Origin: Planctomycetota bacterium
GTDB lineage: Bacteria; Planctomycetota; UBA1135; UBA2386
DNA: 64,000 bases
Direction of reading: 5' to 3'
Assembly: GCA_965223545.1 (NCBI GenBank)
Contig: OZ245006.1
Coordinates: 2,656,001 to 2,720,000, forward strand
Shown in pieces: positions 18,388-28,524 of this stretch. The position numbers and the translations under genes are program-made. A model generated the notes under the pieces. It saw only the letters and a list, made by a program, of their open reading frames with translations, was not told the DNA's origin and searched no databases. Every line of letters starts with the position of its first letter. Within the stretch, counting starts at the first letter, position 1.

Positions 18388-20055
18388 GCGTCGGGTGGAG
18401 CGCCAAATCGAGAGCAGCAGCCAAACACCCGCGACAATGGAGCTCCAAAAGCCGGCGAGGGCGAACACGGACAGCTCGCCGATGCGCGGACCGCCCGCCG
18501 CATTCAGCGCGATCGCCGTACCGATGATCAGCGCGGCGGTGATCATGCCGACGGCGAGGCGGTTGGCGCTGAGCTCGAGCCGTTCGGCGAGACGATCGAG
18601 GCGTCGCAGGTCTACCTCGAGGCGCAACGAACCGCTGCGGAGCTGCGTCAAGAGACGGTCGATGTGGCGCGGCAGCGACGCTGCCAGCGCCGCGCCATGC
18701 CGCCAACCGCGCCGCATGCGCCGCAGGGCCGCACGCGGGCCGATCGCCCGCCGCGCCACCGGTTCCAGGTGAGCGGCGAGTCGAAACGACGGATCGAGCT
18801 GTCGACCGAGGGCCTCCAGCGTGAGGAACACTTTGATCAGGAGGGCGACGTCGGCGGGCAACACCAGATCGTGATCGCGCAGCAGACGGCACACGTCGGT
18901 CAGCAGCGCGCTCGCATCGAGCTGTGCGAGCGGTAGGTCGCGATACCGTTGGATCAGACCGGCGACATCGACAGCCAACAGCTCGCCGTCGGTGTCATCG
19001 CCCGCGGACCACTCCAGCAGAACCTCGACCGCCGGCGCTTCGCGGCCCAGCGCGACGGCGCTCAGCAAGTCCATCAGTTGCTCGCGCCGGCTGGAGGTCA
19101 ACTGCCCAACCATGCCGAAGTCGAGCAACGCGAGCCGACCATCCGGGCAGAGGATCACGTTGCCGGCGTGCGGGTCGGCGTGGAACAGACCGGCTTCGAA
19201 GATCATTCCCAGCACTGCGTCGGCTCCGGACCGAGCCATCGCCGCGCGGTCGAGTCCGGCGGGCAGACCCGCGTGCAGCGCCCGCCGGAGCCCGTCTCCG
19301 ACGACATGGTCCATGACACAGAGTGACGCCTTGCTGTAGGCGTCGTGCACTCGCGGCACGACGATGCCCGCGTACCCCTGTAGGAAGCGTCGCATGCGCG
19401 CCGTGGTCTGTGCTTCGCGGCGCAGGTCGAGCTCATCCCGCAGGGATCGCGCGAACTGCCGCAACAACGCCTTCGGGCGAAACCGCCGCAGGTCGGGAAT
19501 CTCGTGCTCGGCCAACGCCGCCAAACGCGCCAACAAGCGGAGATCGGTCTCGACGACCGCCTCGATGCCCGGGCGACGCACTTTGAGCACGACGTCGGTA
19601 CCGTCCACCAGCCGGGCGCGGTGCACCTGCGCAATCGAGCCGGCGGCCAACGGACGAGCCTCGAACTCGGAGAAGACCTCGTGCGGGAGTGCTCCGAGGT
19701 CGACCTCGAGCTGCCGCAGCACCTCGGCGCACGGCGCCGGAGCCACCGAGTCCTGCAGCGCAGCCAGCTCTTCCGTCCACGCGTGCGGCAACAGGTCGCC
19801 GCGACCGGCAAGCACCTGCCCCAGTTTGACGAACACCGGGCCGAGTTCCTCGAGCGCGCACCGCATCCGTTCCGGCGCGGAACGCTCAACCGGCGGCGCG
19901 CGACGGTTGAGGCGCAGAGCCCGCCCGGCTCGCGCCAGCGCGCGGGCGATCCCGAACCGCCGCACCAAGTCGCCAAGGCCGTAGTGAATCAGGACGCGGG
20001 CGATCTCCTGCGTACGGCCCAAGTCGCGCGCGGTATGCAGTGCCTCGATCAACAT
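18385..20055 (-). CDS. AarF/ABC1/UbiB family kinase
   Basis: LGPVFVKLGQ, LAAGSIAQVHRA, VVLKV, FHADPHAGN, LDFGMVG; two C-terminal TM helices. Confidence 0.95.
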   Translation of the reverse strand: MLIEALHTARDLGRTQEIARVLIHYGLGDLVRRFGIARALARAGRALRLNRRAPPVERSAPERMRCALEELGPVFVKLGQVLAGRGDLLPHAWTEELAALQDSVAPAPCAEVLRQLEVDLGALPHEVFSEFEARPLAAGSIAQVHRARLVDGTDVVLKVRRPGIEAVVETDLRLLARLAALAEHEIPDLRRFRPKALLRQFARSLRDELDLRREAQTTARMRRFLQGYAGIVVPRVHDAYSKASLCVMDHVVGDGLRRALHAGLPAGLDRAAMARSGADAVLGMIFEAGLFHADPHAGNVILCPDGRLALLDFGMVGQLTSSRREQLMDLLSAVALGREAPAVEVLLEWSAGDDTDGELLAVDVAGLIQRYRDLPLAQLDASALLTDVCRLLRDHDLVLPADVALLIKVFLTLEALGRQLDPSFRLAAHLEPVARRAIGPRAALRRMRRGWRHGAALAASLPRHIDRLLTQLRSGSLRLEVDLRRLDRLAERLELSANRLAVGMITAALIIGTAIALNAAGGPRIGELSVFALAGFWSSIVAGVWLLLSIWRSTRR

Positions 20056-20179
20056 CGTCGTGCCGGCTTCGAGATTGCAGTCCGCATGATCCGCATCGGG
20101 TTCGCGCACGCCCGGTGATGCCGAAAGCGCTGGACGGTCAGGACGCGATTCCTATCGTACCGGGCGCGGCTCTCGGCCT

Positions 20180-21295
20180 ATGCCACTAACCCGCACGACG
20201 AGGGGCAGAATTTCGGCCAACGTGACCAGAACCGACGCAGCTCACCACCCACGACTTCGTCGCCGGTGGCCACGCCGACTGGCAGCTCTGGGGTTGGCCA
20301 CCGCGCTGTCCTTGGCAACTGCCGAAGTCACGGTTCGCGCGACGGGCATCGCGCCCGTGGTCGAGACGCAGATGGGATGGCTGACGACCGATCCACATCT
20401 GCCCTACCGACCGGTCGCGGGCTCGCATATCCGCGGCCGCTCGAAGACCGACGAGTACGACTACGACCACCGCCACAACAGCCACGGGTTCCGCGACGTC
20501 GAGCGCGCGCTCGACAAGCCGGCGGGCGTGTTTCGCATCCTCGGCCTGGGGGACAGCTTTACCGCCGGCTGGGGTGCCGCCTTCGAGGAGACCTATCTGC
20601 GGCGGGCCGAGCACGCGCTCAACGCGCGCGCCGATGACCACCCGGCGGTGGAGATCGTCAAGGCCGGCATCAACGGCTATTACGCGGAGCCACAGCGGTT
20701 GCTGCTCGAGCACTACGGTCTGCGCTTCGACCCGGACCTGGTGTTGGTCGGCTTCGTCGCCAACGACGTGCTCGATACCCACCGCGGACTCGGCGCGCTG
20801 CGCGTGTCCAAGGAGGGCTACCTGACTTCGGAAGAGGCCGCCCGGCTGGGCGAGACCGGCGTCCGCCTGTACCGCAACAGCCACGTCGCGCGGATCGTGC
20901 TGCGCGCCTGGGTCGAGCGCGCGCATCGCGCGCGGCCGGCGGACTGGTGGATGCGGATCTACCAACCCGACGCCGCGTTCGAGCAGGCCTGGCGAGAGCT
21001 GGAGGGAGAGTACGACCGCATGCTCGCGCTGACCACCGCGCACGGTGCCCGACTCGTCGTGCTGTACGTGCCGAGCGAGGTGCCCGATCGCGAGTTCCAC
21101 TCCTACCCGCCGGAACGGATGGGCCGCTGGTGCGCGTCGCGAGGCGTCCCGTTCATCGATCCGTCAGCGCGCGTGCGCGCGGCGGCGGACGCGATGCTGT
21201 ACTGGCCGCGCGACCGACACTGCACGCCCGCGGGCTACGGTGTCATCGCCGAGGCGCTGGTCGAGGGCTTGCTGGAAAACGGCTTGGTTCCGTGA
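20180..21295 (+). CDS. SGNH/GDSL hydrolase family protein, N-terminal TM
   Basis: NSHGFRD, ILGLGDSFT.G, GINGY, ND, DRHCTPAG; exact start uncertain. Confidence 0.85.
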   Translation: MPLTRTTRGRISANVTRTDAAHHPRLRRRWPRRLAALGLATALSLATAEVTVRATGIAPVVETQMGWLTTDPHLPYRPVAGSHIRGRSKTDEYDYDHRHNSHGFRDVERALDKPAGVFRILGLGDSFTAGWGAAFEETYLRRAEHALNARADDHPAVEIVKAGINGYYAEPQRLLLEHYGLRFDPDLVLVGFVANDVLDTHRGLGALRVSKEGYLTSEEAARLGETGVRLYRNSHVARIVLRAWVERAHRARPADWWMRIYQPDAAFEQAWRELEGEYDRMLALTTAHGARLVVLYVPSEVPDREFHSYPPERMGRWCASRGVPFIDPSARVRAAADAMLYWPRDRHCTPAGYGVIAEALVEGLLENGLVP

Positions 21296-21299
21296 GGCG

Positions 21300-21683
21300 T
21301 CAGGCGCGCACCGGCGCCTCGTAGGTCGTCCAGGCGACCGGGCTCTCGCGCAGGATCACCTTGAGGTCGCCATCGAAGACCGCGGCCACGGCGGCACTGA
21401 CTTGTTGGTGCAGGTACTGGCACAACCACTCGGTGGTCGTGTTGACACCGTTCAGCTCCGGCACTTCGTCCAAGTTCTTGAAGTTCAGCCGCGCGAGGAT
21501 GTTCTGCAGCGCCTCCTGCGCGGACGCGAAGTCGACGATCAAGCCGTGCTCGTCGAGGCGCGGCGTGGTGTAGACCACTTCCACCTCGTAGGTGATCACG
21601 TGCATCAGCTGTGCAGGACCGAAGATGTCACCCTTCAGCGAGTGCGCACACTTGAGATAGTCGCGGATCGTCAGCGAGAACAT
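21300..21683 (-). CDS. 6-pyruvoyl-tetrahydropterin synthase / QueD-like (T-fold) protein
   Basis: MFSLTIRD...AHSL.G..FGPAQLMH..TY.V; VDF; NLDE; NTTTE; LRES..AW..Y. This is the 3' end of the long antisense ORF 21300..24575. Confidence 0.85.
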   Translation of the reverse strand: MFSLTIRDYLKCAHSLKGDIFGPAQLMHVITYEVEVVYTTPRLDEHGLIVDFASAQEALQNILARLNFKNLDEVPELNGVNTTTEWLCQYLHQQVSAAVAAVFDGDLKVILRESPVAWTTYEAPVRA

Positions 21684-21800
21684 CACCCGACTGTAAAGGG
21701 GCGGAGCCCGATTCCGGTTTTGCCAAAAGGGTGGGACGTGCCAGGCGGGGCGGCAAAGACTCGGGCAGCCTCGCGCCTCAGCACTTGCGCAATACCGAAC

Positions 21801-24800
21801 ATGCTTCGACTCCACCGTCTCGTCTGGTTCTCGCTCGCCGCGGTCTGCTCCTGCGTCCCAGCTCTGTGGGCGCAAGGCCCGAGGCTCCTGCTCGACGTCA
21901 ACTCGACAAAGCCCCCGGAAGGGAGCTCGATGCCCCGTGACGCAGTGGTGCTGGGCAGCTGGATCTACTACACGGCCACCACCCCCACCACCGGCCGGGA
22001 GCTGTTCCGCACCGACGGCGCGGCGATCGAGCTGGTCGTCGACCTCGCCCCGGGCAACAGCAGCGCCAACATCGCCAACCTGACCGCGACGGGAACGGCG
22101 CTGTTCTTCACCCACACGGACTCGAGGGGCAACGAGCTCTGGACCTCCGACGGCACGGCCGCGGGCACGCGGATCGTCAAGGACATCCGTGAGGGCGGCT
22201 CCAGCTCGTTCCCACAACTGCTGACCGCTTCGGCTGGCAAGGTCTACTTCGCGGCCACCGACAGCGCCGGGCAGGAGCCGTGGGTCAGCGACGGGACCGA
22301 CGCGGGAACCGTGCGCCTCGGCGACCTGAACCCCGGTGGGGCCAACGCGTCGCCGCGAAACTTCACCGCCTTTCGCGGTGGCGTGGCGTTCTCCGCGTGG
22401 TCGACGCTGGGGCACGAGCCCTACTACTCGGACGGCACGCCAGCCGGCACCGTTCGCCTGGCCGACATCTACCCGTTCGGCTCGAGCTCTTCGCCGACGA
22501 GTTTCGCCGTCCTCGGCAACAACGTGTTCTTCGTCGCGACGAGCCCGACAGCGGGCACGGAGATCTGGGTTTCCGATGGGACACCGGCCCGCACGGTACT
22601 CTTCATCGACCTGCGCCCGGGGGTTTCGTCGAGCCAGCCGGAAGATCTGACCGTGTCGGGATCCTCGCTGTACTTCGGCGCGCACGACGGCATCAACGGC
22701 CTGGAGCTGTGGGTGTCCGACGGCACGCCGGCCGGCACGCGCCTCGCCGACGACATTCAACCCGGGCCGGGCTCGGGCTACCGCGGCGAGATGGCCTCCT
22801 TGCAGGACGGCCGCGTCCTGCTCGCGGGACTCGACGGAGTCTCCGGCGTCGAGCCGTGGGTGTCCGACGGCACGCCGGCCGGCACGTTCTTGCTCGCCGA
22901 TACCAATCCTGGGATCGGCAGCGCGCTGATGGCGAGCCTGACATCGGCCTCGGGCCGTGTGTTCTTCACCAACCAGCTGGGTCCGACCGGGCGCGAGCCG
23001 TGGGTGTCCGACGGCACCGTCGGCGGCACGGTGCTCTTGCGCGACATCATCCCCGGCACTTTCAGCTCGTCCCCGGTGTTCCAAGTGGTCGACCCCAGCA
23101 CCAACAAGCTGATCTTCTCGGCGCCCGATCTGATCGCCGGCGATGAGCTGTGGGAGAGCGATGGCACGCCGGCGGGAACCGTCCTGCTCGCCAACACGCT
23201 CGCACCGCCTGCCGGCGCCACCAACTCCTCCAACGCGAAGAGCTATGTCCACGCCTTTGGCACGACGTATTTCTCCGCCAACGGCGGCCCCGGCTTCCAC
23301 GAGCTGTGGAAGACCGACGGCACCGCGGCTGGCACCAAGCTGGTCCGGTCGGTCACCCTCGCCGCCACCAGCACCGCATCCTTGGCCGTGGCTGGCGACA
23401 AGGTCTACTTCCGCGCCACCGACGTGGCGACCGGCGACGAGCTGTGGGTCAGCGACGGCACCAGCGGCGGCACGCAGATGCTGCGCGACATTCGGCCGGG
23501 CTTCTCCAGCTCGAACGCGAGCTTCCTGACGGCGGTCGGCGACCGCCTGTTCTTCACCGCGAACGACGGGGCGACCGGACAGGAACTCTGGATCACCAAC
23601 GGCACACCGGCCGGCACCACCCAGGTCAAGGACATCGAGCAGGGCTTCTCGAGCTCGGCACCGAGCGACTTGACCCGCCTGCACGGTGTGTTGCTGTTCG
23701 CCGCCGACGGCGGCTTCGAGACCGGTCGGGAGCTGTGGATCAGCGACGGCACGCGGCCGGGCACGCAGCTCGTCTTCGACGTGTTCCCCGGCTCGGTCGG
23801 CTCCAGCCCGGCAGAGCTCACGCGCGCCGACGGCCTGGTGTTCTTCCGCGCCAACGACGGCACTAGCGGAGTCGAGCTGTGGGTCACCGACGGCACCGCC
23901 GGGGGCACCCGCCGCGTCGCCGACATCTTCCCCGGCCTCGGCAGCAGCAACCCCACCGGCCTCACCGCGGTCGGCGGCACCGTGTTCTTCTCCGCCACCG
24001 ACGGCAACTCGGGGACCGAGCTGTGGAAGTCGGACGGCACCGCCGGCGGGACCGTGCGCGTCGCCGACCTCGAACCGGGCATCTTCGGCGCCTCGCCGAC
24101 CCAGCTCACCCGCCTCGGCGACGGCATCGTGTTCTCCGCGCTCACCGCGGCGAGCGGCCGCGAGCCCTGGATCTCGGACGGCACCGCCGCTGGCACGCGC
24201 CTCATCGCCGACCTCGTCACCGGCACCAACGGCTCGCAGCCGGCGGACTTCACCCCGGCCGGCTCGCGCTTCGTCTTCTTCACCGCGGCGTCCGGCGGCA
24301 GCGATCGCGAGCTGTGGCGCAGCGACGGCACCGCCGCCGGCACCGTGCGGATCACCTCGGGCTTGCTGGAGGGCACCTCTCCCTCCGACCTGACCCTGGC
24401 CAGCGGACAGCTCTTGTTCAGCGCCGCCGACAAGCTGCGCGGCCGCGAACCGTTCGTCCTCGACCTCGACGCGGCAAACCAAGCCGTCGGCTTCGCCTGC
24501 GGAGCCGGCCGCCGCCCCGAGCTGGAGTGCACCGACCCCGTGCTCGGCGCCGTTTCGCGCATCCTCGGCCGACAAGCTCCACCGGCAACGCCCGGCTTCC
24601 TTCTGCTCGGCCTGCCCAGCACACCGCTCACCCTGGCGGCCCAGCCCGGCAACACCTGCGCGCTGTTCGTCGCAGCGCCGGTCCTGCTGGCGACGCTGAC
24701 CGTGCCCGCCGCCTCGACCACCTGGCAGCTCCCGCTACCGATCCCCAACGCCACAGCCCTCGCCGGCTTCGACGTCTCGATCCAGGCCATCTTCGCGCCC

Positions 24801-24860
24801 ACCGCCAGCCCCGCCGGCGGCGACACCACCAACGCCATCGTCCTCACCCTCGGGCAGTAA
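21801..24860 (+). CDS. Secreted ELWxxDGT repeat protein with shared C-terminal domain
   Basis: Signal peptide ...ALWA|Q; about 18 E[LP]WxxDGT repeats; CTD ending SIQAIF...TTNAIVLTLGQ. Confidence 0.92.
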   Translation: MLRLHRLVWFSLAAVCSCVPALWAQGPRLLLDVNSTKPPEGSSMPRDAVVLGSWIYYTATTPTTGRELFRTDGAAIELVVDLAPGNSSANIANLTATGTALFFTHTDSRGNELWTSDGTAAGTRIVKDIREGGSSSFPQLLTASAGKVYFAATDSAGQEPWVSDGTDAGTVRLGDLNPGGANASPRNFTAFRGGVAFSAWSTLGHEPYYSDGTPAGTVRLADIYPFGSSSSPTSFAVLGNNVFFVATSPTAGTEIWVSDGTPARTVLFIDLRPGVSSSQPEDLTVSGSSLYFGAHDGINGLELWVSDGTPAGTRLADDIQPGPGSGYRGEMASLQDGRVLLAGLDGVSGVEPWVSDGTPAGTFLLADTNPGIGSALMASLTSASGRVFFTNQLGPTGREPWVSDGTVGGTVLLRDIIPGTFSSSPVFQVVDPSTNKLIFSAPDLIAGDELWESDGTPAGTVLLANTLAPPAGATNSSNAKSYVHAFGTTYFSANGGPGFHELWKTDGTAAGTKLVRSVTLAATSTASLAVAGDKVYFRATDVATGDELWVSDGTSGGTQMLRDIRPGFSSSNASFLTAVGDRLFFTANDGATGQELWITNGTPAGTTQVKDIEQGFSSSAPSDLTRLHGVLLFAADGGFETGRELWISDGTRPGTQLVFDVFPGSVGSSPAELTRADGLVFFRANDGTSGVELWVTDGTAGGTRRVADIFPGLGSSNPTGLTAVGGTVFFSATDGNSGTELWKSDGTAGGTVRVADLEPGIFGASPTQLTRLGDGIVFSALTAASGREPWISDGTAAGTRLIADLVTGTNGSQPADFTPAGSRFVFFTAASGGSDRELWRSDGTAAGTVRITSGLLEGTSPSDLTLASGQLLFSAADKLRGREPFVLDLDAANQAVGFACGAGRRPELECTDPVLGAVSRILGRQAPPATPGFLLLGLPSTPLTLAAQPGNTCALFVAAPVLLATLTVPAASTTWQLPLPIPNATALAGFDVSIQAIFAPTASPAGGDTTNAIVLTLGQ

Positions 24861-24879
24861 GTACGGAAGTACGGAGTCT

Positions 24880-24984
24880 TGAAGGTACGGAGGTCAGGCT
24901 CCCGTTCATCACTTGGCCAGGCCAGCCGCCAAGGAGGAGGTTGTTGAGCCAAGTGATGAACGGGAGCCTGGCTCCGTACCTTCA
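24880..24984. repeat. REPIN/MITE-like inverted repeat (about 37-bp arms, 30-bp spacer) between convergent genes
   Basis: TGAAGGTACGGAGGTCAGGCTCCCGTTCATCACTTGGC ... GCCAAGTGATGAACGGGAGCCTGGCTCCGTACCTTCA; the arms differ by one substitution and one indel. Confidence 0.9.
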
Positions 24985-24993
24985 TGGCGCGAG

Positions 24994-27012
24994 TCAGACT
25001 CCGAAGCGGCGGGGGGGCGAGACCGCGTCGATGCCGCTTGGGCCGAGGATGACGAAGGCGGCGTGGACCGTGTGGCCACGCCAAGCGGTCCCCGTGGGCA
25101 CGATGATCTCGGCCGTGATGACCCCCGAGGCGTCGACCACACCGCGCGCGCCGGTGACGCATGCCGGTAGCGCATCGGTCGCGGTCGCCTGCAAGAGTGC
25201 GTCGGCGTCGAGTGGTAGCTGCACGCCGCGCCATGTCGTCGGACCGCTGCCGTTCGACAACAGGAGCCGATAGCTGCGCCCGGTCCATTGCGGCGCATTC
25301 CACGACAGCCGCACCCGGACACCGTCGATCTCAACCCCCTCGGAGCGGGCGACGAGGTTCAGAGGCGGCCGCCTCTCGAGCTGCAAGTGGCCGAAGGCCC
25401 GCTGCACCCACTCCGCGTCCGGCGACTCGAACGGCATCCACAGTCCGTCCCCGACGCGCACCGCGTACTCGGCCCGCTCGAGAGCCTGCGCTTGTGTGCT
25501 CGCCGCCGGCCGTGGCTCGAAGTTGACACCGCGCTCCGCCAAGTAGCCGGGCGGCGGGCGCCGATCGTGCGCGATCTTGCGGCCCGCATTGGGCGTCGAG
25601 ACCGGTGTGTGTGCGATCACTGCATCGCACAACCCCAGTCGGTCGACCACCGTGAGGTCCGGCAAGTAGAACGGCATCACGCCCACGGCGTACGCCGCTG
25701 CCACCGCGTCGCTTGGCAATGATCCGCGCGGCATCCGCTCGTATGGCGACCAATCGCGCACGCGCGCACGGCCGAACACGGCGTGCTCGCGCACGGTCTG
25801 CCCCACCAAGTGAGGCAGGTTCGCCCGCCGTGCGCGGTTGGAGATCGAAGCGGCGCGCGAGACCCCGGGCAACCACCGCAGCCACGGGCTGCGCTCCGGA
25901 TCGTGCTCGACGAACAGGTACGACGTCTCCGCCCGCGACTGCAAGTCGCGCACGCGCCACACCGCAGTGTCCTGCAGCACGGCGACGTAGCCGACGAGCA
26001 CCACTCCCAAGCCGATCGCCGGCAGCGGACGCCCCCTGCTGATCGCGATCACTCCGTCCGCAGCCGCCACCGCCAACAAGGGCCAGTAGAAGTCGAAGAA
26101 CCGGTACTCGAAGTAGTCACCGCCGATCCACACGACGTACGCGGCATGCGCAGCGACGCTCGCCAGCCCCATTCGGTGCAAGACTCCGCGGCGCTCACCG
26201 CGGCGCGCGACCGCGCCGACCAGCGCGAGCGGCAGCTGCAGGTACAGCGCGGTCTCACAGATCGCGGCGAGCAAGAACGGCCCCCCCGCCTCCGGCCACG
26301 GCCGCACGTGCTTGGCGTAGTACGTGTTGGGCAACCACTCGCCGTAGTACAGCCAGCGAAACGCGAGCTGCGCGCCCGCCAGCGCCAACCACGGTCCCAT
26401 CACGACCAGCCAGCCGCGCATCGAGACCGTGCGCGGGCCCAACGCCCAGCGCACCCCCAGCGCGACGCCGCCGATCAGCGCGGCCTCCGGCCGGGTCAGC
26501 GTCGCCGCCCCCAACAAGCCGCCCACCGCCAACCGCGCCCGCCAACCGGAGGCGTCGCTCAGCAACCAGAGCGCGGCGAACACCAGCAGCGAGAACTGCC
26601 GGGTCTCGAGCCCACCCGTCGACCACGCCGCGAACGACGCGCTGACGCAGAGCACTCCCGTCGCGATCCACGGCGCCACTCGACCGCCGGCGCGCGCCAC
26701 TCGCCACACCAACACCAGAGTGAGCAGGGTGCAGCCGACCGACATCACCGGCGCCGCCAGCTCGGGCCGCATCCCCAGCCACGCCCACGCCGCCGCCAGC
26801 TGCAACACCCACAAGAGCTGGGTGTAGCCCTCGACGCGCTCGCCGGCGTTGAAGCACAGCCCCTCGCCCTCGATCAAATTGCGCGCGTAGCGAAAACAGA
26901 TGAACGCGTCGTCGCAGAGAAACCACGTCTCGACCACCAACAGCGCGAGCACCGCCGCCCATGGCGCGTAGGCCAAGAGCGCGGCGGCTGGCCGCCACCG
27001 ATCAGTGGTCAC
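24994..27012 (-). CDS. Polytopic GT-C-type glycosyltransferase (AftB-like) with C-terminal domain
   Basis: DDAFI.FRYARN...[40 protein letters not shown]. Confidence 0.8.
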   Translation of the reverse strand: MTTDRWRPAAALLAYAPWAAVLALLVVETWFLCDDAFICFRYARNLIEGEGLCFNAGERVEGYTQLLWVLQLAAAWAWLGMRPELAAPVMSVGCTLLTLVLVWRVARAGGRVAPWIATGVLCVSASFAAWSTGGLETRQFSLLVFAALWLLSDASGWRARLAVGGLLGAATLTRPEAALIGGVALGVRWALGPRTVSMRGWLVVMGPWLALAGAQLAFRWLYYGEWLPNTYYAKHVRPWPEAGGPFLLAAICETALYLQLPLALVGAVARRGERRGVLHRMGLASVAAHAAYVVWIGGDYFEYRFFDFYWPLLAVAAADGVIAISRGRPLPAIGLGVVLVGYVAVLQDTAVWRVRDLQSRAETSYLFVEHDPERSPWLRWLPGVSRAASISNRARRANLPHLVGQTVREHAVFGRARVRDWSPYERMPRGSLPSDAVAAAYAVGVMPFYLPDLTVVDRLGLCDAVIAHTPVSTPNAGRKIAHDRRPPPGYLAERGVNFEPRPAASTQAQALERAEYAVRVGDGLWMPFESPDAEWVQRAFGHLQLERRPPLNLVARSEGVEIDGVRVRLSWNAPQWTGRSYRLLLSNGSGPTTWRGVQLPLDADALLQATATDALPACVTGARGVVDASGVITAEIIVPTGTAWRGHTVHAAFVILGPSGIDAVSPPRRFGV

Positions 27013-28399
27013 GCCAACGCCCGGAGAACTCCGGCGCGAACCAGTCGCGCGGATAGCGCAACACCTCGAACAAGCTGGCCACCAGCTCGCCCTGCGCGCC
27101 GGCGCGATGGGGATTGTGGTACTCCCACACGATGTCGCCCAGCATCGTCACCTCGAACGCCCGCCCCGTCACCGACTCGGTGATCAGCGTGTTGCCGTTG
27201 GCCAGCCGCTGGCAGGCACCGAGGATCGCCGAATAGAACGGCGCCAGCTCATCCCCCGAGTACTGCCACCGCACCGCGTAGCTGTGTGGATCGATTTCGA
27301 TCACCCTCGACTGCGGTCCCTGGCCCCGGTTCTCGCCCTGGTTGTCGAACACCAGAACTCCACCCCCCGCCACCAACCGCGGGTGGTGCTGATAGCGCCA
27401 CGGCCCCGCCATCGCCCACTCGACGACCGCTCGCTCCAGGTCGACCACCGCGATCGCGTGGATGGTCGGCACCGAGACCAGGACGTTGCCGCGCGCAAAC
27501 GCCGGATGGTCGCCCTCCATGCTTCCGTCCAGCCACTCCACCGAGTTGGAGTGGAAGATGTCGCCAAACTTGGGCACGCGCAGCAGCCAGTCGGCATAGC
27601 GCGAGTTCGCGAAGCACTCGAGCAGCGAGACCGACCGGAGGAGCTCGCCGTCCGGCGACAGGACGCTGACCGAGTCCTCGAGGTAGCTGGACAGCAGATG
27701 CGCGGGTGGCCCCGCGCGCGCTTCGTCGAGCAACCGCACATCGCGAGTCAACGTGTAGATGCGCCCTTCGTCGTCGAGCACGAGATCGTGGTGCGGCCGG
27801 CACCGCGGATCGCGGAACGCCCACACCAAGCGCGAGTCCGCGTCGACCTTGATCATGCCGATGCCTTCGAAGATGGCCAGCAGGTCACCGTTGGGGTACG
27901 GCAGCACGCGGCGCCAAAACGTCTGGTGCACCGGCGGCTCCAGCAGCGCGTGCTCGTCGCCGGGCCAAACCTCGGCGCAGCCGAGCGCCCACCGGTGCAG
28001 CACGGTGCCGCGCAGATCCTGCAGCTCGGCCGCCGGCTCGTGCCCCGACAGCACGAGGTTGACGCCGGCCTGCGCCGCGTCGGCATCGAGGTGCGTCACC
28101 CAAGCCGCGCCGGTGCCCGCCGAGTGTCCCTGCAAGTAGGGCAGGTTGGCGAGCTCCTCCACCGACGGCGCACCGTCCCCCGGCCCGGCTGCAGCCCGGT
28201 GCCAGAAGCCGCGCTCGGGCTTGGCCCGAGCGGCGCCCGTCCTCGCCGGAGCCGGCGAGATCGCCGCATCGCCGCCGGGCTCGGCCTCCGCGCCGAGCCC
28301 GGCCGCTCCCTGTGCGGGCCACCAGCCGCCGACGGCGCCCGCCCAACCCGCCAGCAGTCCGCCGCCGAACGCAAGGGCGAGGAGAACGCAGAGGCGCAT
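27002..28399 (-). CDS. Arylsulfotransferase (ASST) family protein
   Basis: [38 protein letters not shown]...G.IVWEY; N-terminal signal. Confidence 0.85.
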   Translation of the reverse strand: MRLCVLLALAFGGGLLAGWAGAVGGWWPAQGAAGLGAEAEPGGDAAISPAPARTGAARAKPERGFWHRAAAGPGDGAPSVEELANLPYLQGHSAGTGAAWVTHLDADAAQAGVNLVLSGHEPAAELQDLRGTVLHRWALGCAEVWPGDEHALLEPPVHQTFWRRVLPYPNGDLLAIFEGIGMIKVDADSRLVWAFRDPRCRPHHDLVLDDEGRIYTLTRDVRLLDEARAGPPAHLLSSYLEDSVSVLSPDGELLRSVSLLECFANSRYADWLLRVPKFGDIFHSNSVEWLDGSMEGDHPAFARGNVLVSVPTIHAIAVVDLERAVVEWAMAGPWRYQHHPRLVAGGGVLVFDNQGENRGQGPQSRVIEIDPHSYAVRWQYSGDELAPFYSAILGACQRLANGNTLITESVTGRAFEVTMLGDIVWEYHNPHRAGAQGELVASLFEVLRYPRDWFAPEFSGRWRDH

Positions 28400-28456
28400 G
28401 ATGGCAGAGGATACGTCACCGCGGCGCCGGGGCGATCACCACGCGCGCCGAGCGGG

Positions 28457-28499
28457 TTGCAGTTTTTAATCGATCGATTCAAAATGAATCGATCGGTTC
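28457..28499 (+). promoter_or_regulatory. sigma70-type promoter with twin palindromic BlaI-family operators
   Basis: TTGCAG-N17-CAAAAT overlapped by AATCGATCGATT (28468-79) and GAATCGATCGGTTC (28486-99). Confidence 0.7.
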
Positions 28500-28524
28500 G
28501 TCGATCTGACACCCAGAGACCCTG

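Noticed and set aside
2106..21683. Queuosine or 7-deazaguanine modification cluster (QueG-like + QueD-like)
   Set aside because: The genes are about 18 kb apart, both are divergent paralogues, and no queC/queE/folE/tgt/dpd genes are present.
21695..21766. Loose inverted repeat GCCCGA..TTTTGCC / GGCAAAG..TCGGGC between divergent genes
   Set aside because: Interrupted stems, and no recognisable riboswitch (e.g. preQ1) consensus.
21684..24575. 1091-aa minus-strand ORF and similar long antisense ORFs (e.g. 6274..8184, 33004..35361, 50764..53700)
   Set aside because: Shadow ORFs of GC-rich genes on the opposite strand with no motifs; only the last 128 codons of 21300..24575 are a real gene.
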